Shown here piece after piece: positions 26,208 to 39,222 of a stretch of DNA of 64,000 nucleotides. Within the stretch, counting starts at the first letter, position 1, and each line of letters begins with the position of its first letter. The stretch comes from the human T2T-CHM13v2.0 reference genome, Homo sapiens. The notes beneath the pieces are model-generated. The model was not told the DNA's origin. It saw only the letters and a program-made list of their open reading frames with translations, and did not search any database. The stretch is taken from NCBI RefSeq assembly GCF_009914755.1, contig NC_060937.1. One strand, written 5' to 3'. The translations under genes and the position numbers were made by a program.

Positions 26208-26919
26208 TTGCATTTCACTGGAGAATATCACAGCCGTGTCCCGCCTGATCATTCCGTGTCTCCAGTGATGGGTAGACGTGTCTGCTTTAAACTAACTCGG
26301 CATTCGGAAATCCAAATTTGCAAAATGGTTAAATGGGGAAGGAGTCAAGTTACTGTTTTTCATATATAAATGTTTCTCACCACTTTTCCTTAAAAAGTAA
26401 GCTCCCCCTGTTAATTGAAAATAGGACTTCAAAAAAACTTGATAGAAACATATGTATATACATTTCCATGTGAATTGTCATATGCCTATATGTGCCTGCA
26501 ATCAACTCTTCCCTGCGAGCTAAGGAAACTGTCCCATTGTGCAAAACTATCGTTCGTGCCTTGAGGGCCCAGTATGATGCAGAGTGTGATCCCTCGAGCA
26601 GTGGCCATGCCATGCCGCTGGGACCACGGGGGACAGCCATGATGAACGGCACAATGTGTGCCACAGTAGGGGTTTGGAAGATGTGCTGTGAGATCACAGA
26701 GGAAGGGTGGGAATCCTCCTGAAATTGGCACCAAGTTTTGCAGAGAAAGTACCATCCAAGCCTAACCTTACTGTGGTCAGTGGCTGACCAGGTGGGGAAG
26801 GGGAAAGGCAGAACAAAGGCTGCCAGTCATCAAAGAGCATGAGGAGGACACGGAATGAGGCTGGTCCTATGGGGCGGGAGGCTGATGGCATATTGGGGAG
26901 GGTCTCCAGTGCTGTGGTG

Positions 26920-27354
26920 AAGGGTGTGGTGCTCTAATGCCTGTCCAGTTCCTCCAACTTTCCTTACAACCAAAGGCTTCCTACTGCAAGGTCCTAAAAC
27001 CCGGCCTGAGGGCTTCTCTGGCAGTAAGAGGGTGTCCACTGCATGGAGCACCCATTCACACCAGGGCAGTCCCCATGCCACCCTCCAGCCATGCTGCATG
27101 GGAGTGGACGATGGACCCCACAACAGACCCAGCCTTCAAGGGGACACCCAAGGCAGGGTCTGCCATCTCCCTGAGGTCCCTAGTGGACTGGAACCCCAGT
27201 GGTCACAGCAGCAACCACTCGTGAAGACACCCTGAATCTACTTCTTTCCATTCTCCGAATCTGCTTCCTTGTGCTTCCTGGGATCGCTTCCCAAAGAGGT
27301 CACCTGCACTCAAAACTGACTTTGATTGGCTCCTGGAAGAGTCCAACCTGAAAC
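26920..27354 (+). mobile_element. LTR16-like ERVL solo LTR
   Basis: cctgagggcttctctggc...ccatctccctgaggtccctagtggactggaaccccagtgg...gtgcttcctgggatcgcttcccaaa...cacctgcactcaaa...ccaacctgaaaca. Confidence 0.7.
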
Positions 27355-30300
27355 AGCATGGACTTGACTTTGGAGACGAGGGGGTCAAAGATGATAAGGC
27401 AAGCCAGTGACAGGCCAGGAACAAGGCTTTAGAAAGATGGTGCTTGCTGGCCATGGGGAAGAAGGATGAGCCAGGAGGTGGGAGGCCCAACAGCAACTGT
27501 GACCCAGCGAGAGCATGAGCAGCTGGAAAGACAAGGCTGGGGATGGCACCTGGGGAATACTGGAGTTTATGGAAGAAAGAAACGGAGAGAGAGCATGCAG
27601 GGAGGTGAAGGCAACCAGAAAGCTCTCCTACCAGTGTCCCCAAAACCAGCAGGAGGTATACACGCCCAGGAGTCCCACTGTGTTTGAGACAAGGCAGCCC
27701 TGGCCTTGAGGCCACTGTGGATCAGTGAGCAGTCAGCGAAGTCCCTGACAGGCAAGAGAGGATGATGTGGTGAGAACTCCCAGCTGCCCTACACTGCTGC
27801 ATCAGAACTCCAGTTGCTATGCACAGGGGAGCTGGTGGAGAGGGCAGCACAGTCCTGGAAAGCAGCATAGAAAGCTGCCTGCAGAGCTTCCTGGCTTTTT
27901 AGGAATTCTGACAGGCAGGTCTGACACCTTGGTGGAGGCCCCAGGGAAGAGTGGTGTTTAGACAGAACACAACTCTTTGCATATAGTGTGCTTTAATCCA
28001 TTTATATGAAATTTAATTAAATATCTGGTTAGGCTGAAGTTGGTGATCTCTAGTTATCTGTCTTCAACTTTGGGACAAAGCTTTGAACCAACATGCTTCT
28101 GAAAATACAAATTCAAATGTATAAAGTAGTCTTATCGAGATTGTGTTCTGGTAGCTAATCCCAACGTTTAAAGTATTTTCCAAAATAAAATTAGCCAGAT
28201 TCTACATTTTCTGTTCTTTGTAACTATTGAAAGATAGTTACAACAAATAATCTCAAGTTCATTCAACAACCTTTTATTTTATACTTGAAATAAAATAGAG
28301 AAAATTGTCTTCCCCAAAATTCTGCTTGGGGATAACAGGGCATCCATTGGAAGACATGATTTGCTAAATCACTCAGCGTACAGGATGAGGCACCAAGGGA
28401 AAGCCCAAGGATTGAAGTCACATTGCTAAACTGCTCTGCTTAATAAAGGGGTGAGATGCTTCCAGTTCCTCAGGGTAGCAGAGAAGATACAACACATGGC
28501 AAAGTGCAAGGAGGGGTGGTGGAGCAGGAACGGTCGATGGTCAATTGGAGAAGGTTGGGAAAATGCACATTGTGTGCCTGGATGCCTCCTCAGGACCCCA
28601 GAGATCATCAGCAGAAACAGGAAACGTCATGAGAGGCTTCATGTGATTGATTTTTTATAGCTATGTTCAAATGTGTATGTGAGGCTGGGTGTGGTGCTTG
28701 GCTGGGCATGGTCACCTGGGCCAAGTGACAGTGAATGGAACCTCCCATTACAAGGCACAGAATGTTCCCTTGTTCCACTCCACATGGCTCCTGTTTCATT
28801 AGAACCTGTGAACCTCAGGACTGAACTAAGATAGCCAATCAGCACCTGGAGAGCCAAAGGCATGGGACAGAGTGGAAGACCCCAAAACAAATGCACCATG
28901 TTTCTGGCCAGCATGACCCTGGGCCATGAGGCCCTCGGGTGTGGTCTCTGAGCCATTCTGGGTGAGCTTCTACAGTGCTGTTTGCTGATGCCTGGGATCC
29001 CTGGTGTCTCCTGCTGAGCCAGCAGCTAGGGCAAATGAGGCCATAGAAATGTCTGGCCTGTCCTTGGAGCTAGAAGTTCCCTTCCAATTGTGCCAGTCCC
29101 AGTGCTGGCTCCAGAGCAGCCCTGTGCCCTCTCCCCATGGAGAAGCAGCAGGATTCAGCTAAGAGAGGCATCTGGCTCTCTTCCCACCTCTGAAGAGGAA
29201 CCACTCCCTGAGACCATCTGAGATCCCAGAGCAACCAGAAACAAGATAAATCAGGCACTGTGTCTCTGCTGGGGGGCTTCACTTGCTTTTGAGTGTGCGG
29301 GGGACTTGGATTAGAAAGCAGGAAGCCAGGTGGGACCTGAAAGCTCTTTCTTTTGTAGGTATGTGTCGTGAAGAAGGATGAGAAGTCCACCTGTGGAAGG
29401 CTAGGTTAGGAAATGAGAAGAAGGCCCTTTTTTTTCTTATTTGGTCCAAGTCCATTTTTACACACATTTTGGTGAAAATACTCTGTGATTTTCCTCCTTT
29501 TCACTTAACAAGGGCAGGCATTGCTATTTTTTTTTTTTTTTTTTGAGATGCACAGAACATTCTTGGTAGAGCACTTCCACATTCATAACTATTCCATTCC
29601 TCTTGTGGGCTCACGCGCATCCTCGTTCAATGCTGCGTTGTTAGGTTAGTACTTCCTTAGGAACAGGTAGGACAGGTCCACCCAGGAACCGTCGGGAGCC
29701 GAGGGGCCCAGGAGCAGCCCACACACCCATGAAGGATGAGGGTCAGGTGTGTGGCCAGCTGAGCTGCAGCAGGACGGTGGAGGGACCAGCAGGAAGGAAG
29801 CCAAGGAAGTCAGAGGCGCTGAGTTGGAGGAGCCTCCTGTGAGCAGCTGGTCAGTGTGATGCAGGCACGCAAATTAATTGGTTAGCAGATGCAATCGCCA
29901 TCAGAAGGCTGAGCCAGCAACTCCGTTTTAGTCCCAGCCATGGAAACATCAGCCCTGAAAGCTCCTGTCCCTCTTTCCTGCATTAATTGTCAAAGATAGC
30001 TGAGCATCCCTGGTGGCTTAGGAGCCAGGTCCTTTCCTTCAAAGCCTTGCCTCAGCTTCTGCCTGCTGGGACAGGGCTGGATGAATGTGTGTCACCTACG
30101 GTGGACAGCAAGGCCCGGGAGAGGTGGGGGCTCACCTGCTCCCACTCAATGGCTGTGTCCCTGCCCCTCGCATGCTGCACCCCATAAATATATGCTGAGC
30201 CAATTAACCAATTAAATTGTTTCCGAGGCTCAGGCGCATTCCTCTGAACATTGGAAAATACAATGGACAAGAAAGGAGTAGGTTGGCTGGATTAATACGG

Positions 30301-30375
30301 CACTCAAGACATACTTAGGAGGGTCCTAGTTTTGATTTGTTTATTTTTCCAAGTTCCTGACATTACTGTGGGGAG

Positions 30376-30480
30376 TTATTCATCCCTTATTCATTTAATA
30401 GATATTGGTTGACAGTGCCTAGGAGCTGGAGAAAAAAAACAGAAAACAAACCAGACACCTCACCCTCCCCTAGGGAAAAG
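30376..30480 (-). mobile_element. L2 3'-end fragment
   Basis: ttattcatttaatagatattggttga...gtgcctaggagctggaga...aacaaaccagaca. Confidence 0.45.
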
Positions 30481-32122
30481 CCAGAGGCCAAGCACAGGCG
30501 GAAAGGGCGGGACAGGAGTAAGCCCCGTGAAGAAACCACAACGGGGTAAGAGGATGGGGCGTAAGGGGTGCGAGGGGCAGCGGGGGCAGTGAGGGCTTTG
30601 CCAGGACGGTGAGTTGAGCAGACTCAGGAGGGAGGAGAGATGGGCCTGGCCAACCTGGGAGCATCCAGCAACAGGGAGAGCAAGGACCACAAGAAGCTGC
30701 TGCAGCCACTCCTGGATGTTTTTAGTGCTTTATTTTGTTCTCTCAGTGTTTTGACTTTTTCTCCAAAAGTCAAGAGGAGGAGAAAATGTCTGCTTAATCA
30801 CAGTCTCCAGGCATCGCACTCCCGTGTACAAGAGCCAACCGCGTGTGTCTGGCTTTCCGACTGGGGTGAGGTGGCTGGGGTCCTGGGCAGCCTGAAAGCA
30901 GCGCTGCAGCTGCGAATGAGGCTCTGTAGCCTTGGGGACACCCTGAGCCACCAATCACAGGACGTGGAGAGGGAGGACACATAGTGGGCACCCAGGCTCA
31001 GAACACACATGCAGCTCACCAGTCTCTCCTTCCAGGTCTTTCCAAATAATAACAATAAGAATGGATTACAGGAACCATTAGAAAGCATGCGTTCCTGGAA
31101 ACACACAGGACTACAGTTCAGACAAGCCGGGGATGGTCCATCCATGCCTTGAGCATTGAGGCCTGTGCCGTGTCCGGCCTTGGCCGAGTAGGTTCCCTGA
31201 CTTGCTGTTCCTCTTTCTCACTAAGGCACAGGTGACAGATGAGACACTCTGCACCCTCACATGGTTCTGCATAAGGATCGAAGCCTTACCCCAAGGAGAT
31301 GCTCCAGGGACAGGGTCCTCATGGCCGTCAGTGGGAGGGGGTCAGAGGGCAGGCCTCGGGCTTCCGCACCATCCGGTGGCTGCACTGTGTCTGTGGCTCA
31401 CTAACAAAGGGATGGGGCCTCCTGTGTTGCCATGGGAGGAGCAGAGGCACTGGGGTCGACCTGATTCCATCACTTCTCACCTGTGGCAGGCGTCTCACCC
31501 CAGGGTCTTTGCAGCTGCAGGAACTCCTCCCCCTGGTTTTGCAATGTGTTCCTTCTCACCACCACAAATTACACACCTCATCTGTTCATCGGCATGCGCC
31601 CCCTTCAGCAGGATGGACGCCCCGGGGGTGCTGGGCCTTGTCTGTGGCTCAAGAGTGCATCCCAGGGCCACATTAAAGATCCTTAGCGCTGGTATGGTAG
31701 GAGCAGAAGCTGCCAGGAATGGCAGTGTGCTCCAGCCCGGTCAGCCTGCCATGAATGCACTGTGAACACTGGCCTCAGCGCCCTTGGGTGCAGAATGAAG
31801 GGCAACACCTTCTCCAAGGCCTGCTACCAGCTTCAGATGAGCAGAGGTGTGTGTGGCATCTTCAGGCTGCTCCTGGGCCAATGCCCATGCACAGTTCCCA
31901 AGATGTCAAAACAAGCCCCCTATCCCGTAATTACCTAGAACAAAGAACATTTCAAATTCTGAAAGGTAGGATTTCAGATCCAAGCTGTTCGACAACTCTG
32001 GGGCCACAGGGTTTGGCCCGGGTCTGTGGAACACTGAAGGCTTTTGTGAGGAAAAGTTCCAGAGAGCGACCCTCAGCTCCCAAATACAAACACATCTGCC
32101 GAAAAGTTAAGAACCAGCTCCC

Positions 32123-32655
32123 TTTTTTTAATTGTGCAAAATACACATAACATAAAATGTATCATCTTTACCATTTTTAAGTGGACAGTTGAGTGGCGTT
32201 AAGTAGACTCACATCATCTGCAGCTGTCACAGCACAGTCGCCACCATGGATTTCCTCCAAGACTTCCCAGTTTGCAAAATGGAAACTGCCCCCTTTCAAC
32301 AACTACTCCCCATCGCCCCTCCCCCTAGGCCTCCCAGCTGTCTCGCATTCGCCGTCTGCCTCTAGGAATGTGGCCACCCTGGGTCCCTCACATGAATGAG
32401 TCAGACAGTATTTGTCATTTTGTGGCTGGCCTATTTCACTTGGTACAGTAGTCCTCTATTTCACTTGGTACAGTAGTCCTCAAGGTTCCTCCCTGCTGGG
32501 GCACGTGGCGCGACTCCCTTCTTCTTAGGGCTGATAACGTTCCGTGGGATGGGTGGCCACATTTGGCTTCTCCACTCATCCATGGCTGCACGCTTGGGTG
32601 GCCTCTGTCTTTTGGTTACTGCGAACGATGCGGGTGTGAAGGTGGTGTGCATATA
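32123..32655 (-). mobile_element. L1MB-type 3' end with internal 25-bp duplication (32431-32480)
   Basis: aattgtgcaaaatacacataacataaaatgtatcatctttaccatttttaagtggacagttgagtggc...; ctatttcacttggtacagtagtcct x2. Confidence 0.85.
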
Positions 32656-32999
32656 TGAACCGATTTCCTTGTAAGACTCGTGGACTTCTGTAGCCAGGTG
32701 TGGATGACTCAACCTTGCATCATCTTGCAAAGGAGGGATGCTGACCTCTGCATCCACCCCTTCCCCAGTCCCCGAATGTTCCTCGTGGTGTTACAGCTTC
32801 AAGTCCTGTTATCTTTATCACAGATGTTGGCGTAGGGGTGTTGCAGGTGGTGGTAGGAAGGAGAATAAACTCCCTGGCTATGGTGGAGATGCTGCCTCCA
32901 AGAACCAGTGAGGTTCCTGGGGCTGCCAATGGCTTGGGCAATGCCCCTTAGTTGTTTGTGTCTTCATGAGCAGGTGTCAGGCCCAAGCCTCCACCAGGC

Positions 33000-34720
33000 A
33001 CCAGCATGTGTTTGGAGGAGAAGGTGAGAACCCCCCTGCGGTGCCTGCTGGAGGGGAGGGAGCCCACGGTCGCTGGGCAGGTGCAGCTGGGGCAGGAGGG
33101 CCGGCTGGCTGTCCCGGGGCATCTTCCTCTTCATTGCTCCTTGCCTGAAGTCATCAGGGCCGGGCTGTCCCCTCCGCTCAGGTGGCCTGTTGTGTCTCTG
33201 TGGAAACCAGCCCTGTGCACCACCCTGGACACGCCGGCGGACATTGCTTCGTCTTTATCTTCATCGCCGGGCTGTTTCTTAGACTAGCAGCCTTGACGTT
33301 GGGCTTCCCGACGATGCTATCCATTACACTGTCAGCAAAGCGGGGGGCCGCGCATAGGCCAAGTGTCAACAGAAGGTGAGGAAGAAAATCAGCCGCAATC
33401 TCAAGCTAATTACCCTGCCTGGAAGTTAATTAAATACTTGCTGGAAGCAGCAGGGTAGATCCTAATTAAACTTGTCTAATAACAGTGCCCTGACACTCCC
33501 TGATGCTGGGAATTCCTGCAGGGCTTAAATAATTCCACAGAGGGCAATCATACCTGTCATGCGCGGTTCGCAGGCGGCATCGAGAGATGCACAGGCCTCC
33601 GTATTTTCTGTACTAATTTGCCACATATCGGGCACTTCATGTGTGTTCCATTTACACACATTTTAATTGGGGAGACCCTGGATGGCTCCTAATGATTCTG
33701 TCGATTTTCCCTTTTTCCAAGAGGAAAAGAAAAGGAACAAAAAATAACCGATGTGCCGCGGAAGCGGTCAGCAGCATCATTTTGCATGATTTGGTGTAAT
33801 GATCATGATTAATGCTTGTTTATTGTGATATCTCTTGTGTTATGTAAATAAAGCTGTGGCCTTCTCCTTCCCGTTCCTGGGCGGTGGGGCTGCTTCCATT
33901 TGGAAGTGAGCGGAGGGAGGGCTGGGAGGGCCCTGCCAGCCGGCCGCGTGCGCTCGGGGACGCGGGTGCCTCTGAGCCCCGTTCGGCTGTGCCCACCCCG
34001 GAGTCACAGGCCAGGGGGCGGGCACCGTGGGGGAGCCAGGGAGCCCCCTCAGCTTCTCTCTTCTTCCTCCCTCTGCTCTCCGCTGTGCCTAATTCAGAAA
34101 AATAGGAATCACCCCCCAAAATGCAGCATTCCTGCTAAAGGCGGGCGGGAAGCTGTGAAAGGCGTGGAGGCCGCAGGCCCCGACCACTCGCGAAAGTAGC
34201 GTCTGTGCTGTTTAAGCCTGCGGGGGAAGAAGTGGAGGCCGTGGAGGGGTGCGGGGGCTGTGTGTGCGTTTGGGGCGGTTTGGGGGATGAGAACAGCAGG
34301 AACTCGTCGCGCCCGCATCTGGGGTCGGAAATGGTTGTCTTCAGAGACAATCGTGCTGTACCACGGGCGCACCAGGCAGGCTCACGGTCCTCCTCATGCC
34401 ACAGAAGGTTGGGGCTTCTTCCAGTCTCTTTAGGAAACGTAATAATGCCTGCATAATCTTAACGCTTGTTCCAAAAACCGTGGCTCCTGACCAAGCTCTA
34501 CCGTTCAACCCATGGGCCGTGGCGCAGGTCTGTGTGAGCGGGGACACCCCCTGTCCTGGTCGTGCCCGTCGCGGTTATGCATTGCTGGTAGACCTCGTCC
34601 TCAGCACCCAGGCAGCCCTGGTCAGGCTTTGTCCAACGTGAACCGTTTGCTGCCGCAGAGGTGCCGAACGTCAGGCTTAGCAAGACTCGAAATGAAGTCA
34701 GTTGTTTTCATCGCGGCATG
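33000..34720. promoter_or_regulatory. CpG-rich region (orphan CpG-island-like) with AT-rich motif core at 33400-33855
   Basis: Visibly dense CpG and GC boxes at 33000-33360 and 33880-34720; TAATTA, POU-like and FOX-like motifs in between. Island statistics were not computed. Confidence 0.6.
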
Positions 34721-35319
34721 AACACCTACCTGAGTCCTCCCGTAACTCAGCCTGGGCCTGTGAAGACGTGTGCTAATTCGTTTTGCTTCTGCCCATGAGG
34801 CTGTGGTTTCATCGGGCAGGGCAAGCCGCAGACCTGTTTCTCCATCTTCCTTGGAGGCTGGGCAATGAAAGGGTTAAATCAAACAACCCCTTCGTATTTT
34901 TCACCTTCTCACCAAACAGCATGAATTAATGAAAAGATGTGAGCACTCAGATCTTTTCTGGCAAGAATGCTTGTTGAAATAATCAATTAACCTTGGAAGA
35001 TCAAATTGACAGGGCTTAAGTGCAAAGTTATTTAAGATTAGCCAGATGATTGCATTTGTGGCAATGCAAGAAAGCAGCAAGAATGCTTTTGAGAAATTTC
35101 AAGGCTTCAGAAAGACTTAATGTTATTTCCCCACAGAATTAATCTGCCCATTAGAACATACTTTAACCTCTTACAAGTAATATCCTGAGATAACTTTAAT
35201 TCACCTCTTTCCTTTAGTCATACAGTGAAAATGACCCAAAGAAAGCAAACATATCAATGAATTTCGAGCCTTTGCTTGCATTTATTTTAAATGGGTTTTT
35301 AAAAAATTAAATCGACTCT

Positions 35320-35484
35320 CAATTGGCATCACCTTTTTATCTGAATGCAGGTGTTCTAAATGCAGCAGACTGCCCAATTGGCATCCCCTTTTTATTTGAA
35401 TGCAGGTACTCTAAATGCAGCAGACTGCCCAATTGGCATCCCCTTTTTATTTGAATGCAGGTGTTCTAAATGCAGCAGCCTGCC
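35320..35484. repeat. 55-bp minisatellite x3
   Basis: Unit caattggcatc(a/c)cctttttat(c/t)tgaatgcaggtgttctaaatgcagcagactgcc. Confidence 0.96.
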
Positions 35485-36545
35485 ACTTGGATGTCTTTAT
35501 TTTGCAGTAGGTGCTCCTGGTTGTTGTATAATCAAGATGAGGCAGCCTCTAGGATCAAAGCCATCATTTTCATAACTCCCTGGCTGGTCTGATCATTTTT
35601 GGAGAAAATAATTGTACACTTCCCACGAAAAAAAAATCCCTGAGAAATGGCATCACCGGGTACAACCTCGGTCAAGTCGTGTGAGGCTGACTCAGGAAAC
35701 GCCGGGGCCAGGGGCGTTCGCGCTCAGCCAGACACGAGGGAAACAGTGTCTTCTTCTAGATTCACGCTTGTAAAATAACACTAGAAGCAGTCAGTCTTTA
35801 CGTGGTGTTTAACTTACTCTGCTTTAAGATGTCATTCACAAGATGTGAGTATTGCTATAATTTGGAACAGTGACTCTGGAGAAGAGAGTATAATTCACAC
35901 TGCACATACTCCGACCCTGGCTAGCTCCATGACAGTTTATGTTTCTTGTGAAAGGAGCCTGCTTATTGGTAATTCCTTTAAATAAAGGAATTATTTTCCT
36001 AAGCAATTTGTTTTGATTGTGTTACTTTCTAGCTCGTCCTCCTCTGCTGTGATGGAAGAAAAGCTAATCTGCTGGTTTACTATCTTGCCGCACATAAAAG
36101 ACAAGTGGAAAATGAAATTTTCGAAAAGCTAAACTCCTAATTTCTGTGACAAAATGTGAATGAAAATGATGAACTTATTCATAAGAGATGAGAATTTTGA
36201 AATGAATGATTTATGGGTATAAGCATTAAAATATATTACTTTAGCATGAAGGCAGAAGATTTAAATGTAACTTGGTTGCTGAACAAAAAGCATGCACAAT
36301 GGCATAGAGGTATAAACAATGCCCTCAACCAGTGGTGCTGGCTGAGTGAGGGTCACGCTAAGAGTTTGAGGGGCTCCATGCGCCAGTGGGTGGTGGGCAC
36401 CCACGGAACCCAGCCCACGTTTCACACACACCTAGATGAGTCTGAGTTTGCAAATGCAGCTCGTAAACTATATTTTGAGCACTCCAGCTGGAATCAATTG
36501 ATCCGTGGCTGGGTGTTGTGTGAGAACACATCTCTAGCTATAACT

Positions 36546-36765
36546 CCGGGCTTCTCAGCCTCAGTACTATTGACACTTTGGGCTGGGAAGGTCTTTGTTC
36601 TTGGGGCCTGTCCAGAGCATTATCAGATGTTTAGCAGCATCCTTGGCCTCTACCCACTAGATGCCAGTAGCATTCCCTGTGTCCCATGGTCAGGACAGTC
36701 AAAAGTGTCTTCAGACATTTCCAAATGTCCCCTGGGGGAAGAACAGCCTCCAGCTGAGAGCTGCC
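36546..36765 (-). mobile_element. MER20
   Basis: ctattgacactttgggctgg...gatgtttagcagcatccttggcctctacccactagatgccagtagca...cagacatttccaaatgtcccctggggg. Confidence 0.92.
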
Positions 36766-36824
36766 GCCGTAACCTGCAACAGCCCATGAGCACAGAAGCA
36801 TTGTGCTAGGACCTTGGCAGGGGA

Positions 36825-36991
36825 CGAGAGAACGACCATGAAGCCAACAAAACATCTGGGCCTGGGCCACTTCCAAGGCTCTGTACTTAATTTTGTATTT
36901 ATATTTCATATTTGCAACTTTTATGTCTTCATTAAAGAAGGCACCCAAAATTCTAGAAGTTCAGGCCCCATAAAATCTGGACCTGCACCTG
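36825..36991 (+). mobile_element. Arthur1A/MER69A-like hAT-Tip100 MITE
   Basis: gggccacttccaaggctctgtacttaattttgtatt...ttcaggccccataaaatctggacctgcacctg. Confidence 0.65.
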
Positions 36992-37422
36992 GGTCTCAAC
37001 ACGATTGTTATTCATTAACTTACTTTTCTGAACCAAACTCTATCCAAAATGGCCTCCTACCCCTCCTCATTTTGGTTAGTTTGCTTAAACCTTCAGTTAA
37101 TCTGCACTAACTGGCTGCCCTTACACTGGGCAAAACATGTCTGCCTTCACGGAACCCAAGAAGTTTTGAGCAAAAGAGTCAAGGCCACCTCCTAACATCA
37201 ACCCTTGTGTTCAGAGGATTCCAGGGTGGGCTCAAACTTTTGCAGCAAAGGGAGTGACAGGTTCCTGTCTTCATGCTCGTAAGGATTTCACAAAAATACA
37301 GGTTGCCAACAGAAAATTCTTATGTTTATTTATGAAGCTACCTTCAGATTAAAAATTATTTGAGAAATAATCCCAGTGCCTGCCAACATCTTCTTATTTC
37401 TTAATATATGTATGTATTCTGC

Positions 37423-38440
37423 TGGATGGATAGATGGATGAATGGATGATGGGTGGAGGGGAAGATAAATGGACAGATGGGTGGATGATGGATGAATGGA
37501 TGAATAAGTAGAGAGACAGATGGATAGATGAATAGCTACAGAAATTGATAGATGGATGAATGGATGGATAGAGATGGATGGGTGGATGGATGGATGGATG
37601 GATGGACGGATGGAGAGATGGATGGATGTGTGGATAAATAGATGAATGGATGGATGGATAGATGAATAGATAAAGAGACGGATGGATGGAGAGATGAATG
37701 GATGGGTGGATAGATGAATAGATAAAGAGACGGATGGATGGAGAGATGAATGGATGGGTGGATGAAAGGATGGGTGAATAGAGGGATGGATGGAGAGATG
37801 GATGGATAGATGAATGAATAGATGGATGGATGAATAGATGAATGGATAGGTAAATAGATGAATGGATGAATGAATGGGTAGATAGAGAGATGGATGGATA
37901 TAGAGATAGATGGATAGATAGAGGAATAGATGGATAAATAGAGAGATGGATGGATGAATGAATGGGTGGATAGAGAGATGGAAGGATGGATGGATGGATG
38001 AATAAATATAGAGATAGATGGATAGAGAGATAGATGGATAAATAGATAGGTGGATGGATGAGTGGATAGAGAGATGGATGGACAGATGAATGAATAGATG
38101 GATGGAGGGATAGATAGAGAGATGAATGAATGAATGGGTGGATAGAGGGATAGATGGATGAATACAGAGATGGATGGATAGATGAATGAATAGATGGATG
38201 GATGAATAGATAGAGATGAATGGATAGATAGAGATGAATTGATAGATAGAGAGGATGGATGGATAAATAGAGATGGGGATGGATAGATAGATAAATAGAT
38301 TGATAAATTGGCAGATGGATAGAGGGATAGATGGATGGATGGATGGAGAAATGGATGGATGGTTGGATGGATGAGTAGATGGATGAATGAATAGATGGAT
38401 GGGTGGACCGATGGATGGATGGATGGATGGATGGATGGAT
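37423..38440. repeat. About 1-kb compound (GGAT/GATA/GAAT)n repeat
   Basis: Seen directly; it is the source of the 351-aa and 303-aa spurious ORFs. Confidence 0.97.
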
Positions 38441-38979
38441 AAAACACAATGTAAAGATTCTACTTTTTCTCTGTTATTTTCTCCTAAAAAAGAACACAGA
38501 AAACTGTCATCAGTGGTTAGCTATTAGCAAAGGAGCTGAGAATTTGTGGAGTATTAGCATGGCTTTAAAAGATTTTCACTTTTCATTCTGTACTTTCCTA
38601 TAATGTTTGCATTTCCTTGCTATGTATATAACTTATTTTTATATAATTGGGGTTATCTGGTTGTGAGATAATGGGCTGGTTGTTTTCCTCTTTGTACTTT
38701 CTATATTTTTTAATGACTGCACTTTAAGATATGGGTCCCTCTGGGAGCTCCCTGCTGTGTACTATGATTTGTCCTCTCGCCTCATTTTGGGTGAACTCAG
38801 TGGATACACGTCCTCCTCATCTGAGGCCTATCCCTACCTCCCATCCTGCACCCCACTGGTCTCTCTGAAACAGTGTTTTTCTCCTGCACCTCTGGCCGCG
38901 CTCTGTCATTGCTCTTTGTGCTTGTCACCCTGTGTCCGGTCCTGGCCTTTCCTACTTTCTCTCTGCCAGTGGCCAGTGT

Positions 38980-39222
38980 GCTTCTGCCAGCCCTGATCTT
39001 CCTCCTGAGCTGGGCGTCCATGGACGCAGAACATAGGAAGCTTTCGTGAGATACGCAAAGGGTGCCACTGTCCGGTTGCCCTCCCACCTCCGTGTGAGTC
39101 CCTGCATTCACCTCAATCTTTCTGGGCCCCAAAGGGAAATTGTACACATTACCCTGCACATTGCTGCTCCCTTATGCTGGGACAGACTCCACCCCAGTCC
39201 AATCATGCAAGCCAGAAAATAC
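38980..39222 (+). mobile_element. L2 internal fragment
   Basis: ccagccctgatcttcctcctgagct...cacctcaatc...catgcaagccagaaaat. Confidence 0.45.

Noticed and set aside
29527-29550. T18-GAGATG as an Alu
   Set aside because: Only about 6 nt of Alu-like sequence and no TSD; too short to call.
36213-36809. 198-aa ATG-initiated ORF
   Set aside because: The C-terminal part is antisense MER20; no protein homology recognised.
37394-38449. 351-aa and 303-aa ORFs
   Set aside because: Translations of the (ATCC/ATCT)n repeat; low complexity and stop-poor by composition.
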